Shown here: positions 9,455 through 19,217 of the stretch, piece after piece
How the letters are laid out: each line of letters opens with the position of its first letter
Position numbering within the stretch: the stretch's first letter is position 1
Source: Candidatus Latescibacterota bacterium
GTDB lineage: Bacteria; Latescibacterota; UBA2968; UBA8231
Assembly (NCBI GenBank): GCA_965215195.1
Contig: CBDCDC010000002.1
Location: 64,001-128,000, forward strand
Reading direction: 5' to 3'
Length of the DNA: 64,000 bases
The notes under the pieces: generated by a model
Database searches by the model: none
Told to the model about the DNA's origin: nothing
What the model saw: the letters and a program-made list of their open reading frames with translations, nothing else
Program-made: the position numbers and the translations under genes

Positions 9455-9634
9455 TTAGGAGCTGCATACCGGATTCCCGTATGCGTCGCAATAGCACTTG
9501 ACCGCACTACCGATTACGATGCACCAACCGTTATCGCAGTCGGCCCCGCACATATCAGCCTCGGCCTTCTGCGGCAGGAAGCTGACGATCAAGCCCGTGA
9601 GGCTAATGGCCAGCCGGATGATGCGCTTTTTCAT
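9455..9634 (-). CDS. Secreted six-cysteine peptide, variant 1 (59 aa, not in ORF track)
   Basis: Manual translation: MKKRIIRLAISLTGLIVSFLPQKAEA-DMCGADCDNGWCIVIGSAVKCYCDAYGNPVCSS*. AAGGAG RBS; leader identical to 12137..12319. Confidence 0.9.
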   Translation of the reverse strand: MKKRIIRLAISLTGLIVSFLPQKAEADMCGADCDNGWCIVIGSAVKCYCDAYGNPVCSS

Positions 9635-9793
9635 GATAATCTCCTTTGATCTGGTGTGCTGCGTTGTCTCGGAGGCGATCTCCGAGGTGAAGCACTGGCC
9701 GCTAGAGGCCAGTTTAGACGACGTGTTTCATAAGCGTTCCCTCCTTTCTGTTGCTGTTGAAGAGTGTGGGTTGTTGCTTCAGTAAGACTTATC

Positions 9794-9808
9794 GCAATTT
9801 TCGTGCCA
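9794..9808 (-). promoter_or_regulatory. Sigma-54 promoter (-24/-12)
   Basis: TGGCACG-AAAA-TTGC, an exact match to the RpoN consensus. Confidence 0.9.
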
Positions 9809-9952
9809 ATGCGTGATCAGTGGTCGTCAAGTGCGCTGAGTTCTATGATTGTATGAATCCTAAATGACTGTTAAATAATGTCTTATGAAAAATAAAGAAA
9901 TTTTTATCGCCTGTGTCTCAGGCCCTTGCAAAGTCCTTTTGACGGCCTAAAA

Positions 9953-10014
9953 GTGCGACAATACATCGCACAAATGCGTCGAATTATCGCGTTTAGTGCG
10001 TCTAAACATCGCAC
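9953..10014. promoter_or_regulatory. Putative upstream activator sequence: three tandem (G)TGCG-N9-CGC(AC) dyads
   Basis: GTGCGACAATACATCGCAC, TGCGTCGAATTATCGCG and GTGCGTCTAAACATCGCAC, ~145 bp upstream of the sigma-54 site; conserved at five other promoters. Confidence 0.7.
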
Positions 10015-10261
10015 GGACGCGCCTAGCCAGCCGCCATTGCTGGGCACAGGCTCTGCTGATTGATGTCGCGCAGTCGGGCGAATCGGCGAATCGACGAGTC
10101 TGGCCCTGCGGATCAACGGGATTCCAACGAGTTGGTTTTTCGAGTCCCCACAGGGCACCCACCCCATCCCCGGTAGGGGCTGCTCTTGGGGCGGCCCTCG
10201 CAGTGCTAAGGGACAGAGTAGATGAGGATTGGGGCGGCTGGCCGGCGTGGCCGGACGCGAA

Positions 10262-10291
10262 AGGGGCAGCCCATAGATCGGACTGCCCCCT
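10262..10291 (-). terminator. Terminator-like hairpin after permease A
   Basis: GGGGCAG...CTGCCCC stem followed by TTT on the minus strand; repeated near 12790 and 19513. Confidence 0.55.
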
Positions 10292-10314
10292 CTACTTCCT
10301 TATGGGATTTCAGG

Positions 10315-11886
10315 TTACTTGGCGTCGTAGCGGGCAAAGAGCCGGTTGGCGAGGACAAACAGCCCGACTGCATACAGCAACAGAGAGGTTAGCTCCGGCC
10401 AGGCGTGGCGCAGACTCTGGGCGACGGTCCAGCCGCGTTCCTTAAACCGCGGCAGGTCGCGCAGGTCGGCGCGCCAGCCGGAATCATCGTTGAACCACTC
10501 ACGGGAGCCGAAGGCATCGCGCTCTTCGAGGAAGGTGACGATTTGCCCGCGATAGGTGCGTACTTGGGCAATGAAGTCGTCGTATTCGCGTCGGCTGGTG
10601 CCGGCGCAGGCACTGGCGGCTTGGGCATACGCACCGGCGGGCAGGAGGCGCTGGAGATAGGCATTCCAGCGTTGGATGCGGCGGGGGAAGTTTTCGAGCA
10701 GGGGGGCTTTGGCGTTCCAAGCGGTCTGGGCGTACTTCAGGCGCAGGCGCTCGCCGGTGCGGATGATGTCTTGGAACTTCGTAAGCGCGGGCGAATCGAC
10801 GACATTGGATAGATAGAAACCGGCAATATGCTCTTTCAGTTCAGAGTATGGGCCACCCATAATGTTCAATACCGTTCCGCGTCTTCCCTGTGGAGGGAGC
10901 TGCTCGACCATGCGGACGGGCGGATACTTGGTCTGGCCGTGCGTCCGAGCGAGGTCAGTAGCCTCTTGATCGAACTTCTTCCACACTTGCGCGGCTTGGT
11001 GATGGGCTCGCTCGTGCTTTTCGCCCATGTTGGCCTGCTCGTTGAGCAAGGCCGTGATGCTGTCGGGCAGCACAATCGCCAGCAACGCCCACGTGAACAG
11101 CGCGTAAATCAAGCTGGTCGCCGAGCGATGGGTCGCGCACGAGATGGCCAGCCCAATCAGGTAGAACACCAGCAGATACAGCAGCGACAGCGCCAACAGC
11201 AGCCCCAACCGCACCCATTCGCCGAGCCCGACTTCGATATATTCGGTGCCCAACAGCAAGATCGTCAGCAGGATAAAGCCCAAGGCCGTTGGAATGGCCA
11301 GTGTGGTCAGGCCGGCGAGGACTTTGCCGGCGAGGACTTGGGCGCGGCTGACGTTGGTGGTCAGCATCAGCCGCAGGGTGCCGTCCTCCTTCTCGCCGGA
11401 GATGGTCTCGCTGGCGATGAGGATGGCCAACAGGCCGAGCACGAGTTGGAAGATGTACACGATGTCGAAGGAGGCAAAGATGGCGAGGTAGGGATTACCC
11501 GACTGGAAGGGGGCAATCGCCTCGGTTTGGTAGGGCACCTCGAAGAGCAAGACTTTGACGGCTTGCCCCACCTCTTGTTCGACGCCTTGGGCGAACACTT
11601 GTAGGGGGCGCGGGGGCCGTAGCGCACGCGGGGCCGCCTTAGCTACTAAATCCCCCGTGACCGAAGCGTTGTAGTCCGTGCCTAGGGCCGAATATAGGGT
11701 GATTTCGTGCAGTTTGGTTTCCTCAACGGCGCGTTGCGTGAGGTAACTGGCCTTTTTCTGGACATAAGCCTGGCTGGTGAGCAGCCCGTTGGCGATGATG
11801 AGCACCACCGCGAGGGCGGTGCAAGCGGCGAAGCGCTGGCTGAGCAGATGGCTGAGCATCTCTTTTTTGAACACAATGCCGATCAT
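10315..11886 (-). CDS. ABC-2-type transporter permease, type A copy 1
   Basis: IVFKKEML start, ETISGEKEDGTLRLMLT...LAGK motif, multi-TM. Confidence 0.88.
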   Translation of the reverse strand: MIGIVFKKEMLSHLLSQRFAACTALAVVLIIANGLLTSQAYVQKKASYLTQRAVEETKLHEITLYSALGTDYNASVTGDLVAKAAPRALRPPRPLQVFAQGVEQEVGQAVKVLLFEVPYQTEAIAPFQSGNPYLAIFASFDIVYIFQLVLGLLAILIASETISGEKEDGTLRLMLTTNVSRAQVLAGKVLAGLTTLAIPTALGFILLTILLLGTEYIEVGLGEWVRLGLLLALSLLYLLVFYLIGLAISCATHRSATSLIYALFTWALLAIVLPDSITALLNEQANMGEKHERAHHQAAQVWKKFDQEATDLARTHGQTKYPPVRMVEQLPPQGRRGTVLNIMGGPYSELKEHIAGFYLSNVVDSPALTKFQDIIRTGERLRLKYAQTAWNAKAPLLENFPRRIQRWNAYLQRLLPAGAYAQAASACAGTSRREYDDFIAQVRTYRGQIVTFLEERDAFGSREWFNDDSGWRADLRDLPRFKERGWTVAQSLRHAWPELTSLLLYAVGLFVLANRLFARYDAK

Positions 11887-11914
11887 GGGGTGGCTCCTAT
11901 GAGTGGAAGGCGAA

Positions 11915-12043
11915 CGGGCGGGATGCCGTCTCGGTCATCTCGTCGGGCGATACCTCACTGTAACGCTCGTGAAAGTGCAACAGGTCGCGCAAGACTAATT
12001 CGGCGGGAATGAGCGGATCGGGCCAGATGCCGGCCCGCCACAG
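11915..12043 (-). pseudogene. Remnant of the 3' end of the GT2 glycosyltransferase gene
   Basis: Nucleotide match to ~30840-30983 (e.g. ggtcgcgcaagac.aattcggcgggaatgagc.gatcgggccagatgcc). Confidence 0.85.
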
Positions 12044-12136
12044 GTTGCCCCGGAATAGCGATTAAGCCACTATCCCGGGGCGGGTTAGGTGGAAGGTGAG
12101 GGCGGTTGGTCTAGACCAGCCGCTCCTGAAGGGTGG

Positions 12137-12319
12137 TTAGGAGCTGCATACCGCACTCCCGTTTGCGTCGCACTTGCACTCAACTATCCAACCGATTGCG
12201 GAGCACGATGAACCGTTAGGGCAAGTGATGCTGCACCAAACAGCCTCGGCCTTCTGCGGCAGGAAGCTGACGATCAAGCCCGTGAGGCTAATGGCCAGCC
12301 GGATGATGCGCTTTTTCAT
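12137..12319 (-). CDS. Secreted six-cysteine peptide, variant 2
   Basis: Signal peptide ending AEA, mature VWCSITCPNGSSCSAIGWIVECKCDANGSAVCSS; AAGGAG RBS. Confidence 0.9.
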   Translation of the reverse strand: MKKRIIRLAISLTGLIVSFLPQKAEAVWCSITCPNGSSCSAIGWIVECKCDANGSAVCSS

Positions 12320-12478
12320 GATAATCTCCTTTGATCTGGTTTGTTGCGTTGTCTCGGAGGCGATCTCCGAGGTGAAGCACTGGCCGCTAGAGGCCAGTTT
12401 AGACGACGTGTTGCATAAGCGTTCCCTCCTTTCTGTTGCTGTTGAAGAGTGTGGGTTGTTGCTTCAGTAAGACCTATC

Positions 12479-12493
12479 GCAATTTTCGTGCCA
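12479..12493 (-). promoter_or_regulatory. Sigma-54 promoter
   Basis: TGGCACGAAAATTGC; dyad cluster at 12638-12699. Confidence 0.9.
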
Positions 12494-12841
12494 AGTCGTG
12501 GACAATGGTCGTCAATCGCGCTGAGTTCTATGATTGTATGAATCCTAAATGACTGTTAAATAATGTCTTATGAAAAATAAAGAAATCTTTATCGCCTGTA
12601 TCTCAGGCCCTTGCGAAGTCCTTTTGACGGCCTAAAAGTGCGACAATACATCGCACAAATGCGTCGAATTATCGCGGTTAGTGCGTCTAAACATCGCACG
12701 GACGCGCTTGGCTTTGACGGTAGGCGGTGGATGGTGCGGGACGGGTAGATGGGGATTGGGGCGGCTGGCCGGCGTGGCCGGACGCGAAAGGGGCAGCCCA
12801 TAGATCGGACTGCCCCCTCTACTTCCTTCTGAGATTTCGGG

Positions 12842-14416
12842 TTACTTGGCGTCGTAGCGGGCAAAGAGCCGGTTGGCGAGGACAAACAGCCCGACTGCAT
12901 ACAGCAACAGAGAGGTTAGCTCCGGCCAGGCGTGGCGCAGACTCTGGGCGACGGTCCAGCCGCGTTCCTTAAACCTCGGCAGGTCGCGCAGGTCGGCGCG
13001 CCAGCCGGAATCATCGTTGAACCACTCGCGGGAGCCGAAGGCATCGCGCTCTTCGAGGAAGGTGACGATTTGCCCGCGATAGGTGCGGACTTGGGCCATG
13101 AAGTCGTCGTATTCGCGTCGGCTGGTGCCGGCGCAGGCACTGGCGGCTTGGGCATACGCACCGGCGGGCAGGAGGCGCTGGAGATAGGCATTCCAGCGCT
13201 GGATGCGGCGGGGGAAGTTTTCGAGCAGGGGGGCTTTGGCGTTCCAGGCGGACTGGGCGTACTTCAGGCGCAGGCGCTCGCCGGTGCGGATGATGTCTTG
13301 GAACTCGGCGAGTGCGGGCGAATCGACGACATTGGATAGATAGAAACCGGCAATATGCTCTTTCAGTTCAGAGTATGGGCCACCCGTAATGTTAAATAGC
13401 GTTCCGCGTCCCGGCTGTGGAGGGAGCTGCTCGACCATGCGGACGGGAGGATACTTGGTCTGGCCGTGCGTCCGAGCAAGGTCGGTGACCTCCTGATCGA
13501 ACTCCTTCCACACTTGCGCGGCTTGGTGATGGGCTTGGGCATGCTTTTCACCCATGTTGGCCTGCTCGTTGAGCAAGGCCGTGATGCTGTCGGGCAGCAC
13601 AATCGCCAGCAACGCCCACGTGAACAGCGCGTAAATCAAGCTGGTCGCCGAGCGATGGGTCGCGCACGAGATGGCCAGCCCAATCAGGTAGAACACCAGC
13701 AGATACAGTAGCGACAGCGCCAACAGCAGCCCCAACCGCACCCACTCGCCGATTCCGACTTCGATGTACTCGGTGCCCAACAGCAAGATCGTCAGCAGGA
13801 TAAAGCCCAAGGCCGTTGGAATGGCCAGTGTGGTCAGGCCGGCGAGGACTTTGCCGGCGAGGACTTGGGCGCGGCTGACGTTGGTCGTTAGCATCAGCCG
13901 CAGGGTGCCGTCCTCCTTCTCGCCGGAGACGGTCTCGCTGGCGATGAGGATGGCCAGCAGGCCGAGCACGAGTTGGAAGATGTACACGATGTCGAAGGAG
14001 GCAAAGATGGCGAGGTAGGGATTACCCGACTGGAAGGGGGCAATCGCCTCGGTTTGGTAGGGCACCTCGAAGAGCAAGACTTTGACGGCTTGCCCCACCT
14101 CTTGTTCGACGCCTTGGGCGAACACTTGTAGGGGGCGCGGGGGCCGTAGCGCACGCGGGGCCGCCTTATCTACGAATGAATCCCCCGAGACCGACTCGCT
14201 GTGGTCCGTGCCTAGAGCCGAATAATGGGTGATTTCGTGCAGTTTGGTCTCCTCAACAGCGCGTTGCGTGAGGTAGCTGGCCTTTTTCTGGACATAGGCT
14301 TGGCTGGTGAGCAGACCGTTGGCGATGATGAGCACCACCGCGAGGGCGGTGCAAGCGGCGAAGCGCTGGCTGAGCAGATGGCTGAGCATCTCTTTTTTGA
14401 ACACAATGCCGATCAT
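12842..14416 (-). CDS. ABC-2-type transporter permease, type A copy 2
   Basis: Close paralog of 10315..11886. Confidence 0.88.
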   Translation of the reverse strand: MIGIVFKKEMLSHLLSQRFAACTALAVVLIIANGLLTSQAYVQKKASYLTQRAVEETKLHEITHYSALGTDHSESVSGDSFVDKAAPRALRPPRPLQVFAQGVEQEVGQAVKVLLFEVPYQTEAIAPFQSGNPYLAIFASFDIVYIFQLVLGLLAILIASETVSGEKEDGTLRLMLTTNVSRAQVLAGKVLAGLTTLAIPTALGFILLTILLLGTEYIEVGIGEWVRLGLLLALSLLYLLVFYLIGLAISCATHRSATSLIYALFTWALLAIVLPDSITALLNEQANMGEKHAQAHHQAAQVWKEFDQEVTDLARTHGQTKYPPVRMVEQLPPQPGRGTLFNITGGPYSELKEHIAGFYLSNVVDSPALAEFQDIIRTGERLRLKYAQSAWNAKAPLLENFPRRIQRWNAYLQRLLPAGAYAQAASACAGTSRREYDDFMAQVRTYRGQIVTFLEERDAFGSREWFNDDSGWRADLRDLPRFKERGWTVAQSLRHAWPELTSLLLYAVGLFVLANRLFARYDAK

Positions 14417-14447
14417 GGCGCATCTCCTTAGGAAAGGGACTTAGTGG

Positions 14448-15452
14448 TCAAGCGGCCATGGCCTTAAGGACCGCTTGGCTCTGCATCTCCATACCGAGCT
14501 GCTTAAACAGACGCAACGCCGCCACCCATTCTGCCAACGCCCGTTGCTTGTTGCCATCCTGTCGTGCGTACAGATTGCCCAAGGATACGTAGTTGAAAGC
14601 CTGCATCCGCGCGTTCCCTAGCTGTCGGCACAAGTCCATAGAAGCCTGTATATGCCGTTGCGCCATCGCGAGGTCGCCGGCTGTCATGTAGAGGTCGGCC
14701 AGCAGCGTCGCCATGCCACAGCGGCCTTGGGCATGCCCCTGCGCCACGTAGATGCTCAAGGCTTCGTTGCCGTTGCTCAAGGCGCGGTCTATGTGGCCTA
14801 AGTTGCGGCAGACCGAAGCAATGGAGCCGAGTTGCAGGGCTACTTCAAGGGGCGTCCCTTGCTGCCGGGCGGCCGTGAGGCCGGCCGTGAAGTGGTGCAG
14901 GGCTTGCGCTGAGTCGCCGCGGCGCAGGGCCAGTTGCCCCAAGCTGTTGAGCAGGTTGCCCGGCACGTCGTCGTCGTAGAGGGCGCGGCTGCGCTGGAGC
15001 CACTGTTGGGCTTCCGCCAAATCGTTCTGCTGCATGTAGAGGTTGCCCATGTTGTTGGCCATCTTGGCGGCGAGGGCGGCATCGCCGCCTTGTTGGGCGT
15101 GCTGTATGGCCTTGCGGTAGTACGCGGTGGCTTCGGCAAAGCGGGATTGGCTTTGTTTGATGAAGCCGACGTTGCCTTCGGCCTCGGCTACATCGCATAG
15201 GGAGCGGCTCGGCGAGCAAGCGGCCAATGCCTCTTGGAAGTATTGTAGCGATCCGTCGAGGTCGCCGGCGATCTCGCAGTGGTGGCCGAGCTGGGTGCAA
15301 ACCTCAAACAGCCCCTTTTGGCATCCCTCGGCGCGAAAGAGCCGGCGCGCTGTTTGGTAGTGGGTGGCCGCTTGCTCGTGTTGCCCCTTTTTGCGGCAGG
15401 TATAGCCTAATTGGAGATGCGTCCACGCCTTGGTTGTCTTTGGCGAACTCAT
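14448..15452 (-). CDS. Tetratricopeptide repeat protein
   Basis: Repeated N.G..Y...G....A...Y..AL helical-hairpin pattern; no signal peptide. Confidence 0.88.
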   Translation of the reverse strand: MSSPKTTKAWTHLQLGYTCRKKGQHEQAATHYQTARRLFRAEGCQKGLFEVCTQLGHHCEIAGDLDGSLQYFQEALAACSPSRSLCDVAEAEGNVGFIKQSQSRFAEATAYYRKAIQHAQQGGDAALAAKMANNMGNLYMQQNDLAEAQQWLQRSRALYDDDVPGNLLNSLGQLALRRGDSAQALHHFTAGLTAARQQGTPLEVALQLGSIASVCRNLGHIDRALSNGNEALSIYVAQGHAQGRCGMATLLADLYMTAGDLAMAQRHIQASMDLCRQLGNARMQAFNYVSLGNLYARQDGNKQRALAEWVAALRLFKQLGMEMQSQAVLKAMAA

Positions 15453-15462
15453 GGTAGCCTCC

Positions 15463-16410
15463 TTATCGCGTCAGGGCCAGCACGGGTATGCGCACCTGCT
15501 CTGCGCCGATTTGCACCTCTACGCCACAGTGCAGCGTGCCAGTGGGGAAATCGCTCGTGTTGCGGATCTGGACGACTAAGCTGTTGTCGGCTTCTCGCTG
15601 GTATGCGATGTCCAGTTGCACCTCGCCGCACACGGGCGACGCCTGTACGGGTGCGTCGATCAATTTCGCTGGCAAGCCCACGCGTACTTGGCGCGTCTCG
15701 CGCCGCTGCGCTGCACCCACGCCGAAGGACGCGCTCTGCGGCGCTAGGCTAAAGCGAGGGCTGACCCGTCCGCGCACTTGGATGGAACGGGGAGACGCTT
15801 CGCCCTCGGCAGCAATCGTCGCTTCAATGGTGGCGACGATGCGATCGCCCCACGTCAGGCCCGCGGCCGGGGTGAGCTCTAGGGCGGTGCCATCGTCCAC
15901 TACCGACGCCTCTATGCCTTTTCCCGCGACCTGCACTTGGCGAATGTGTCGCGGCTGCCCGTTGATCTGCGCGAGGGGAATGCGGCGGATGATGGAGGAT
16001 AGATCGTCGCCTTGGATCGTCCCTAGGTGCAGTTTGCTGGGCAGCATGGGCACGACCTGTCCCTCCAACTGCAACTGCCATTTATCGGCTTGGCCGGCCA
16101 CGCTAAAGTCAATGCTGGGGGTAAAAGTCCCGGCGCGCCCCGAAGTGTCGATCTGGTAGGCAATCGAGTACGTCTCGCCGGCCTTCAACGGCCCTTGGGG
16201 GAACTCGACGCCGGTGCAGCCGCAGCCGGGTTCGGCCGCGACGATTTCCATGTCGTAGGGCGCGACAAAGCGCACCTCGCCGGTCGTGCCCTCGCTGTCG
16301 TAGGTCGTGCCGTACTCAGCGGTCTGCGGCAGTTCGTCGGCATGGGCCCAGCCCGTGTAAAATACGGCGACTAGGGCCGCTACTTTTAGCGTTAGGTTGT
16401 TCATGATCAT
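15463..16410 (-). CDS. DUF1573 domain-containing secreted protein (Ig-like domains)
   Basis: Signal peptide and GCGCT motif followed by P..L..GE...I, the DUF1573 hallmark. Confidence 0.75.
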   Translation of the reverse strand: MIMNNLTLKVAALVAVFYTGWAHADELPQTAEYGTTYDSEGTTGEVRFVAPYDMEIVAAEPGCGCTGVEFPQGPLKAGETYSIAYQIDTSGRAGTFTPSIDFSVAGQADKWQLQLEGQVVPMLPSKLHLGTIQGDDLSSIIRRIPLAQINGQPRHIRQVQVAGKGIEASVVDDGTALELTPAAGLTWGDRIVATIEATIAAEGEASPRSIQVRGRVSPRFSLAPQSASFGVGAAQRRETRQVRVGLPAKLIDAPVQASPVCGEVQLDIAYQREADNSLVVQIRNTSDFPTGTLHCGVEVQIGAEQVRIPVLALTR

Positions 16411-16449
16411 CTTGCTCCTGAGTTAGTGGTGTGGAAGTGCCTCAGTTCG

Positions 16450-17889
16450 TTAGACGATGCTGGCTCGCAGCCATGCTCGGTAGGCCAGCATGTAGGTGAG
16501 CGTGGCGAAGAAGAAGAGGCCGATGACATCGACGACCGCGTGGCGTAGCAGGGTGGTCGCCGACATCTCCTCGGTAAAGACCGGCAGGGTGTCGGGGTCG
16601 ATCTTCTGCCGCGATAGCCCTTGGGCGATGTGGATGTGCATGCTTTTGGGATCGTCGCGGTCGAGGGTGAGCATGGTCTGCTTGAACTGCTGGACGTAGA
16701 TGCGCGCCTGCTCGACAAAGCTTTTGTGGCGCGCCAGTCCGGTGCCGGCGAGGGCCTCCATGCCGTATTGGAAGCAGCCGGTCGGCGACAGGCGCACGAT
16801 GTGGCGGGCTTTTTCGACCTCCCCGAGGCTGTAGGCCAAAAATTCGTCTTCGCGGTTTTGGAGAACCCGAAGAAAGGCGTGGTCGGCCTCGGCGAACTGG
16901 CGCAATTTTTTGGGGTTTCTCAGATCGCGCCTCCGCGCATTGTTCCTATAGCGAGGAATTTCCATTTTTTCTGGAGGGTTAAACTCCCACTCCATTACAA
17001 CTGCCTCCCCGAATTCGCGGACCACCACGCGGGAGGCCAGCGCACCGCCAGCCGATGGCCAGAGCAACACCCCGCAGGTCCACAGCAACAGCACGCCCAC
17101 CAAGCTGGAGCGCGTGGTGCTGCTTCGTATCGACACCCACAGCCCCAATGCAACAAAGCAGGCCAGATATAGCAGGGCTAGGCCGACCATGCCGATCAAG
17201 CGCCCGGCCTCGACGAGGCCCAAGTTTATCTGCGAGAGTGCGAGGACGATGAGCAAGTTGACGACAATGGCGAGGCTGAGCACGAGGGCGAGAGCCAGCA
17301 TCGCGCCGAGGAACTTGCCCAACAGCAGGGTGTGGCGCGGCAGGCTCTGCGCCATGACCAGCTTGAGGGTGCCGCGCTCTTTTTCGCCGATGAAGGCGTC
17401 AAAGGTGAACAGCAAGGCCATGAGGCTGAGCAGGCCGCCGATGATAAAGACCCAGTCGATGGCTCGGGTCTTCATCAGTTGGCTGGTCTTGGGGGCCCAG
17501 ATGCCTTCAATGTCCCAATAGATGAGTGGAAAGGGATCGTAGAACCAAGTGCCGCTGTACTGAAATCGCCAGCTCGGCGTCCACAGGCGCTCGGGCAGGG
17601 CGTCGTTGGCACCAACGGCGCAGAACATGAGGGGGCTGGGTTTTTTATAGATATAGTCCTGCCCCCCATGGACGATCAGCTTCCACAAGCCCATTTGGGC
17701 GTTGCGGCGGCCGATTTCTTGCTCGGCTTGGACCTGTTCGAGATAGAGGTCGCGCCGGAACTCATACGAGCCGCCGACAAAGCTGAGGGCGTTGAGCACC
17801 ATCAGCCCTACGATCAGCACGAGGGCCAAGCTGAAGCGCAGGCTGATGAGGTGATCGATCAGTTCGCGTTTTACAATGGCTGCGAGCAT
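16450..17889 (-). CDS. ABC-2-type transporter permease, type B copy 2
   Basis: Near-identical paralog of 6788..8227. Confidence 0.88.
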   Translation of the reverse strand: MLAAIVKRELIDHLISLRFSLALVLIVGLMVLNALSFVGGSYEFRRDLYLEQVQAEQEIGRRNAQMGLWKLIVHGGQDYIYKKPSPLMFCAVGANDALPERLWTPSWRFQYSGTWFYDPFPLIYWDIEGIWAPKTSQLMKTRAIDWVFIIGGLLSLMALLFTFDAFIGEKERGTLKLVMAQSLPRHTLLLGKFLGAMLALALVLSLAIVVNLLIVLALSQINLGLVEAGRLIGMVGLALLYLACFVALGLWVSIRSSTTRSSLVGVLLLWTCGVLLWPSAGGALASRVVVREFGEAVVMEWEFNPPEKMEIPRYRNNARRRDLRNPKKLRQFAEADHAFLRVLQNREDEFLAYSLGEVEKARHIVRLSPTGCFQYGMEALAGTGLARHKSFVEQARIYVQQFKQTMLTLDRDDPKSMHIHIAQGLSRQKIDPDTLPVFTEEMSATTLLRHAVVDVIGLFFFATLTYMLAYRAWLRASIV

Positions 17890-17919
17890 GGGGAAGCCTC
17901 CTTCTTTGGAGTCAGCGGA

Positions 17920-18735
17920 TTAGATGAGGTTGAACAGAAAGTTCTGCGGCACGCCGCCGCTGAAATAGGCCTCTACATGGCACCACATAGCCCGCTCTGG
18001 ATCCCAGACCAGCCGAAAGAAGGCCGGGGTGCGCCCCTGCCACGGCCACGGGGAGACCCCGGGCGGCTCTTCGACGATGAACATGATGTCGGCAAAAGTC
18101 AACGACTCGCCTGCCTGTAGAGCTTCCTCCACCTCGTCGCGTAGTTTGGGGTGAAAATTCAAGGTGGTTTTGGGGACCATGCCGTGCGTCTGGAGGTATA
18201 ACCTATAGCTATCGTACGCCTCCTGCATCTCGAATACCTTGAACGCGCTGTCGAAAAAGGACGCGTTCTCGAAAAAGTAATCGCGCTTCGTCATGCCGAG
18301 TATGGCTCTGTGCCCGGCTGCAAACATGGCAAAGGGCGTCTCGCCGATGGGGGCGTCTCTGCTCGCGAGAAATTCTTGCAGGAACTCTATCCCGTCGGGA
18401 TTATGCACACCCTCGCGAAGGTAAAACGCGGCGGCGAGGCTGTCGCTGCCCGAAGCCGAAAAGGCGACCAAGAGTTCGTAGAGCCAATCGCGCAATGCGG
18501 CTTCTTGCGCTAGGTCAATGGGAGCACCCAGATCAACGGGGATCGCCTCGACCGCTTGCCGCAATGCGGCCCCGGCCTCGACCTTCATCATCTCCTGACC
18601 GTGGATGTAGTCGTAGAAGATTTGCAGGCTGTCGGGGTGGGATGAAAAGCCGCCGTAGTGGGACTTGCCTTCCTGTTCTACGCACGCCGACTGGGCGAAC
18701 CAAGCGGTGATTAGGGTGAAATACAAAGTTTTCAT
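17920..18735 (-). CDS. FYLREGVNNP family paralog 2
   Basis: Signal peptide and shared family blocks. Confidence 0.9.
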   Translation of the reverse strand: MKTLYFTLITAWFAQSACVEQEGKSHYGGFSSHPDSLQIFYDYIHGQEMMKVEAGAALRQAVEAIPVDLGAPIDLAQEAALRDWLYELLVAFSASGSDSLAAAFYLREGVHNPDGIEFLQEFLASRDAPIGETPFAMFAAGHRAILGMTKRDYFFENASFFDSAFKVFEMQEAYDSYRLYLQTHGMVPKTTLNFHPKLRDEVEEALQAGESLTFADIMFIVEEPPGVSPWPWQGRTPAFFRLVWDPERAMWCHVEAYFSGGVPQNFLFNLI

Positions 18736-18860
18736 CGGTACACCTCTTCTGGGTTTGGGTTGGGTTGCCCCGGAATAGCGGCGATTAAGCCACTATCCCG
18801 GGGCGGGTTAGGGTTGGAGGAGAGGGCGAGTGGCCTAGAGTAGCCGCTCCTGAAGGGTGA

Positions 18861-19043
18861 TTAGGAGCTGCATACCGCACTCCCGTTTGCGTCGCACTTG
18901 CACTCAACTATCCAACCGATTGCGGAGCACGATGAACCGTTAGGGCAAGTGATGCTGCACCAAACAGCCTCGGCCTTCTGCGGCAGGAAGCTGACGATCA
19001 AGCCCGTGAGGCTAATGGCCAGCCGGATGATGCGCTTTTTCAT
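18861..19043 (-). CDS. Secreted six-cysteine peptide, variant 2 (second copy)
   Basis: Protein identical to 12137..12319. Confidence 0.9.
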   Translation of the reverse strand: MKKRIIRLAISLTGLIVSFLPQKAEAVWCSITCPNGSSCSAIGWIVECKCDANGSAVCSS

Positions 19044-19202
19044 GATAATCTCCTTTGATCTGGTTTGTTGCGTTGTCTCGGAGGCGATCTCCGAGGCGAA
19101 GCACTGGCCGCTAGAGGCCAGTTTAGACGACGTGTTGCATAAGCGTTATCTCCTTTCTGTTGCTGTTGAAGAGTGTGGGTTGTTGCTTCAGTAAGACTTA
19201 TC

Positions 19203-19217
19203 GCAATTTTCGTGCCA
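19203..19217 (-). promoter_or_regulatory. Sigma-54 promoter
   Basis: TGGCACGAAAATTGC; dyad cluster at 19362-19423. Confidence 0.9.

Noticed and set aside
12137-12319. Peptides as lanthipeptide, sactipeptide/ranthipeptide or classical glycocin precursors
   Set aside because: Sec-type AxA leader rather than double-glycine; no LanB/C/M, radical SAM enzyme or C39 transporter in the window.
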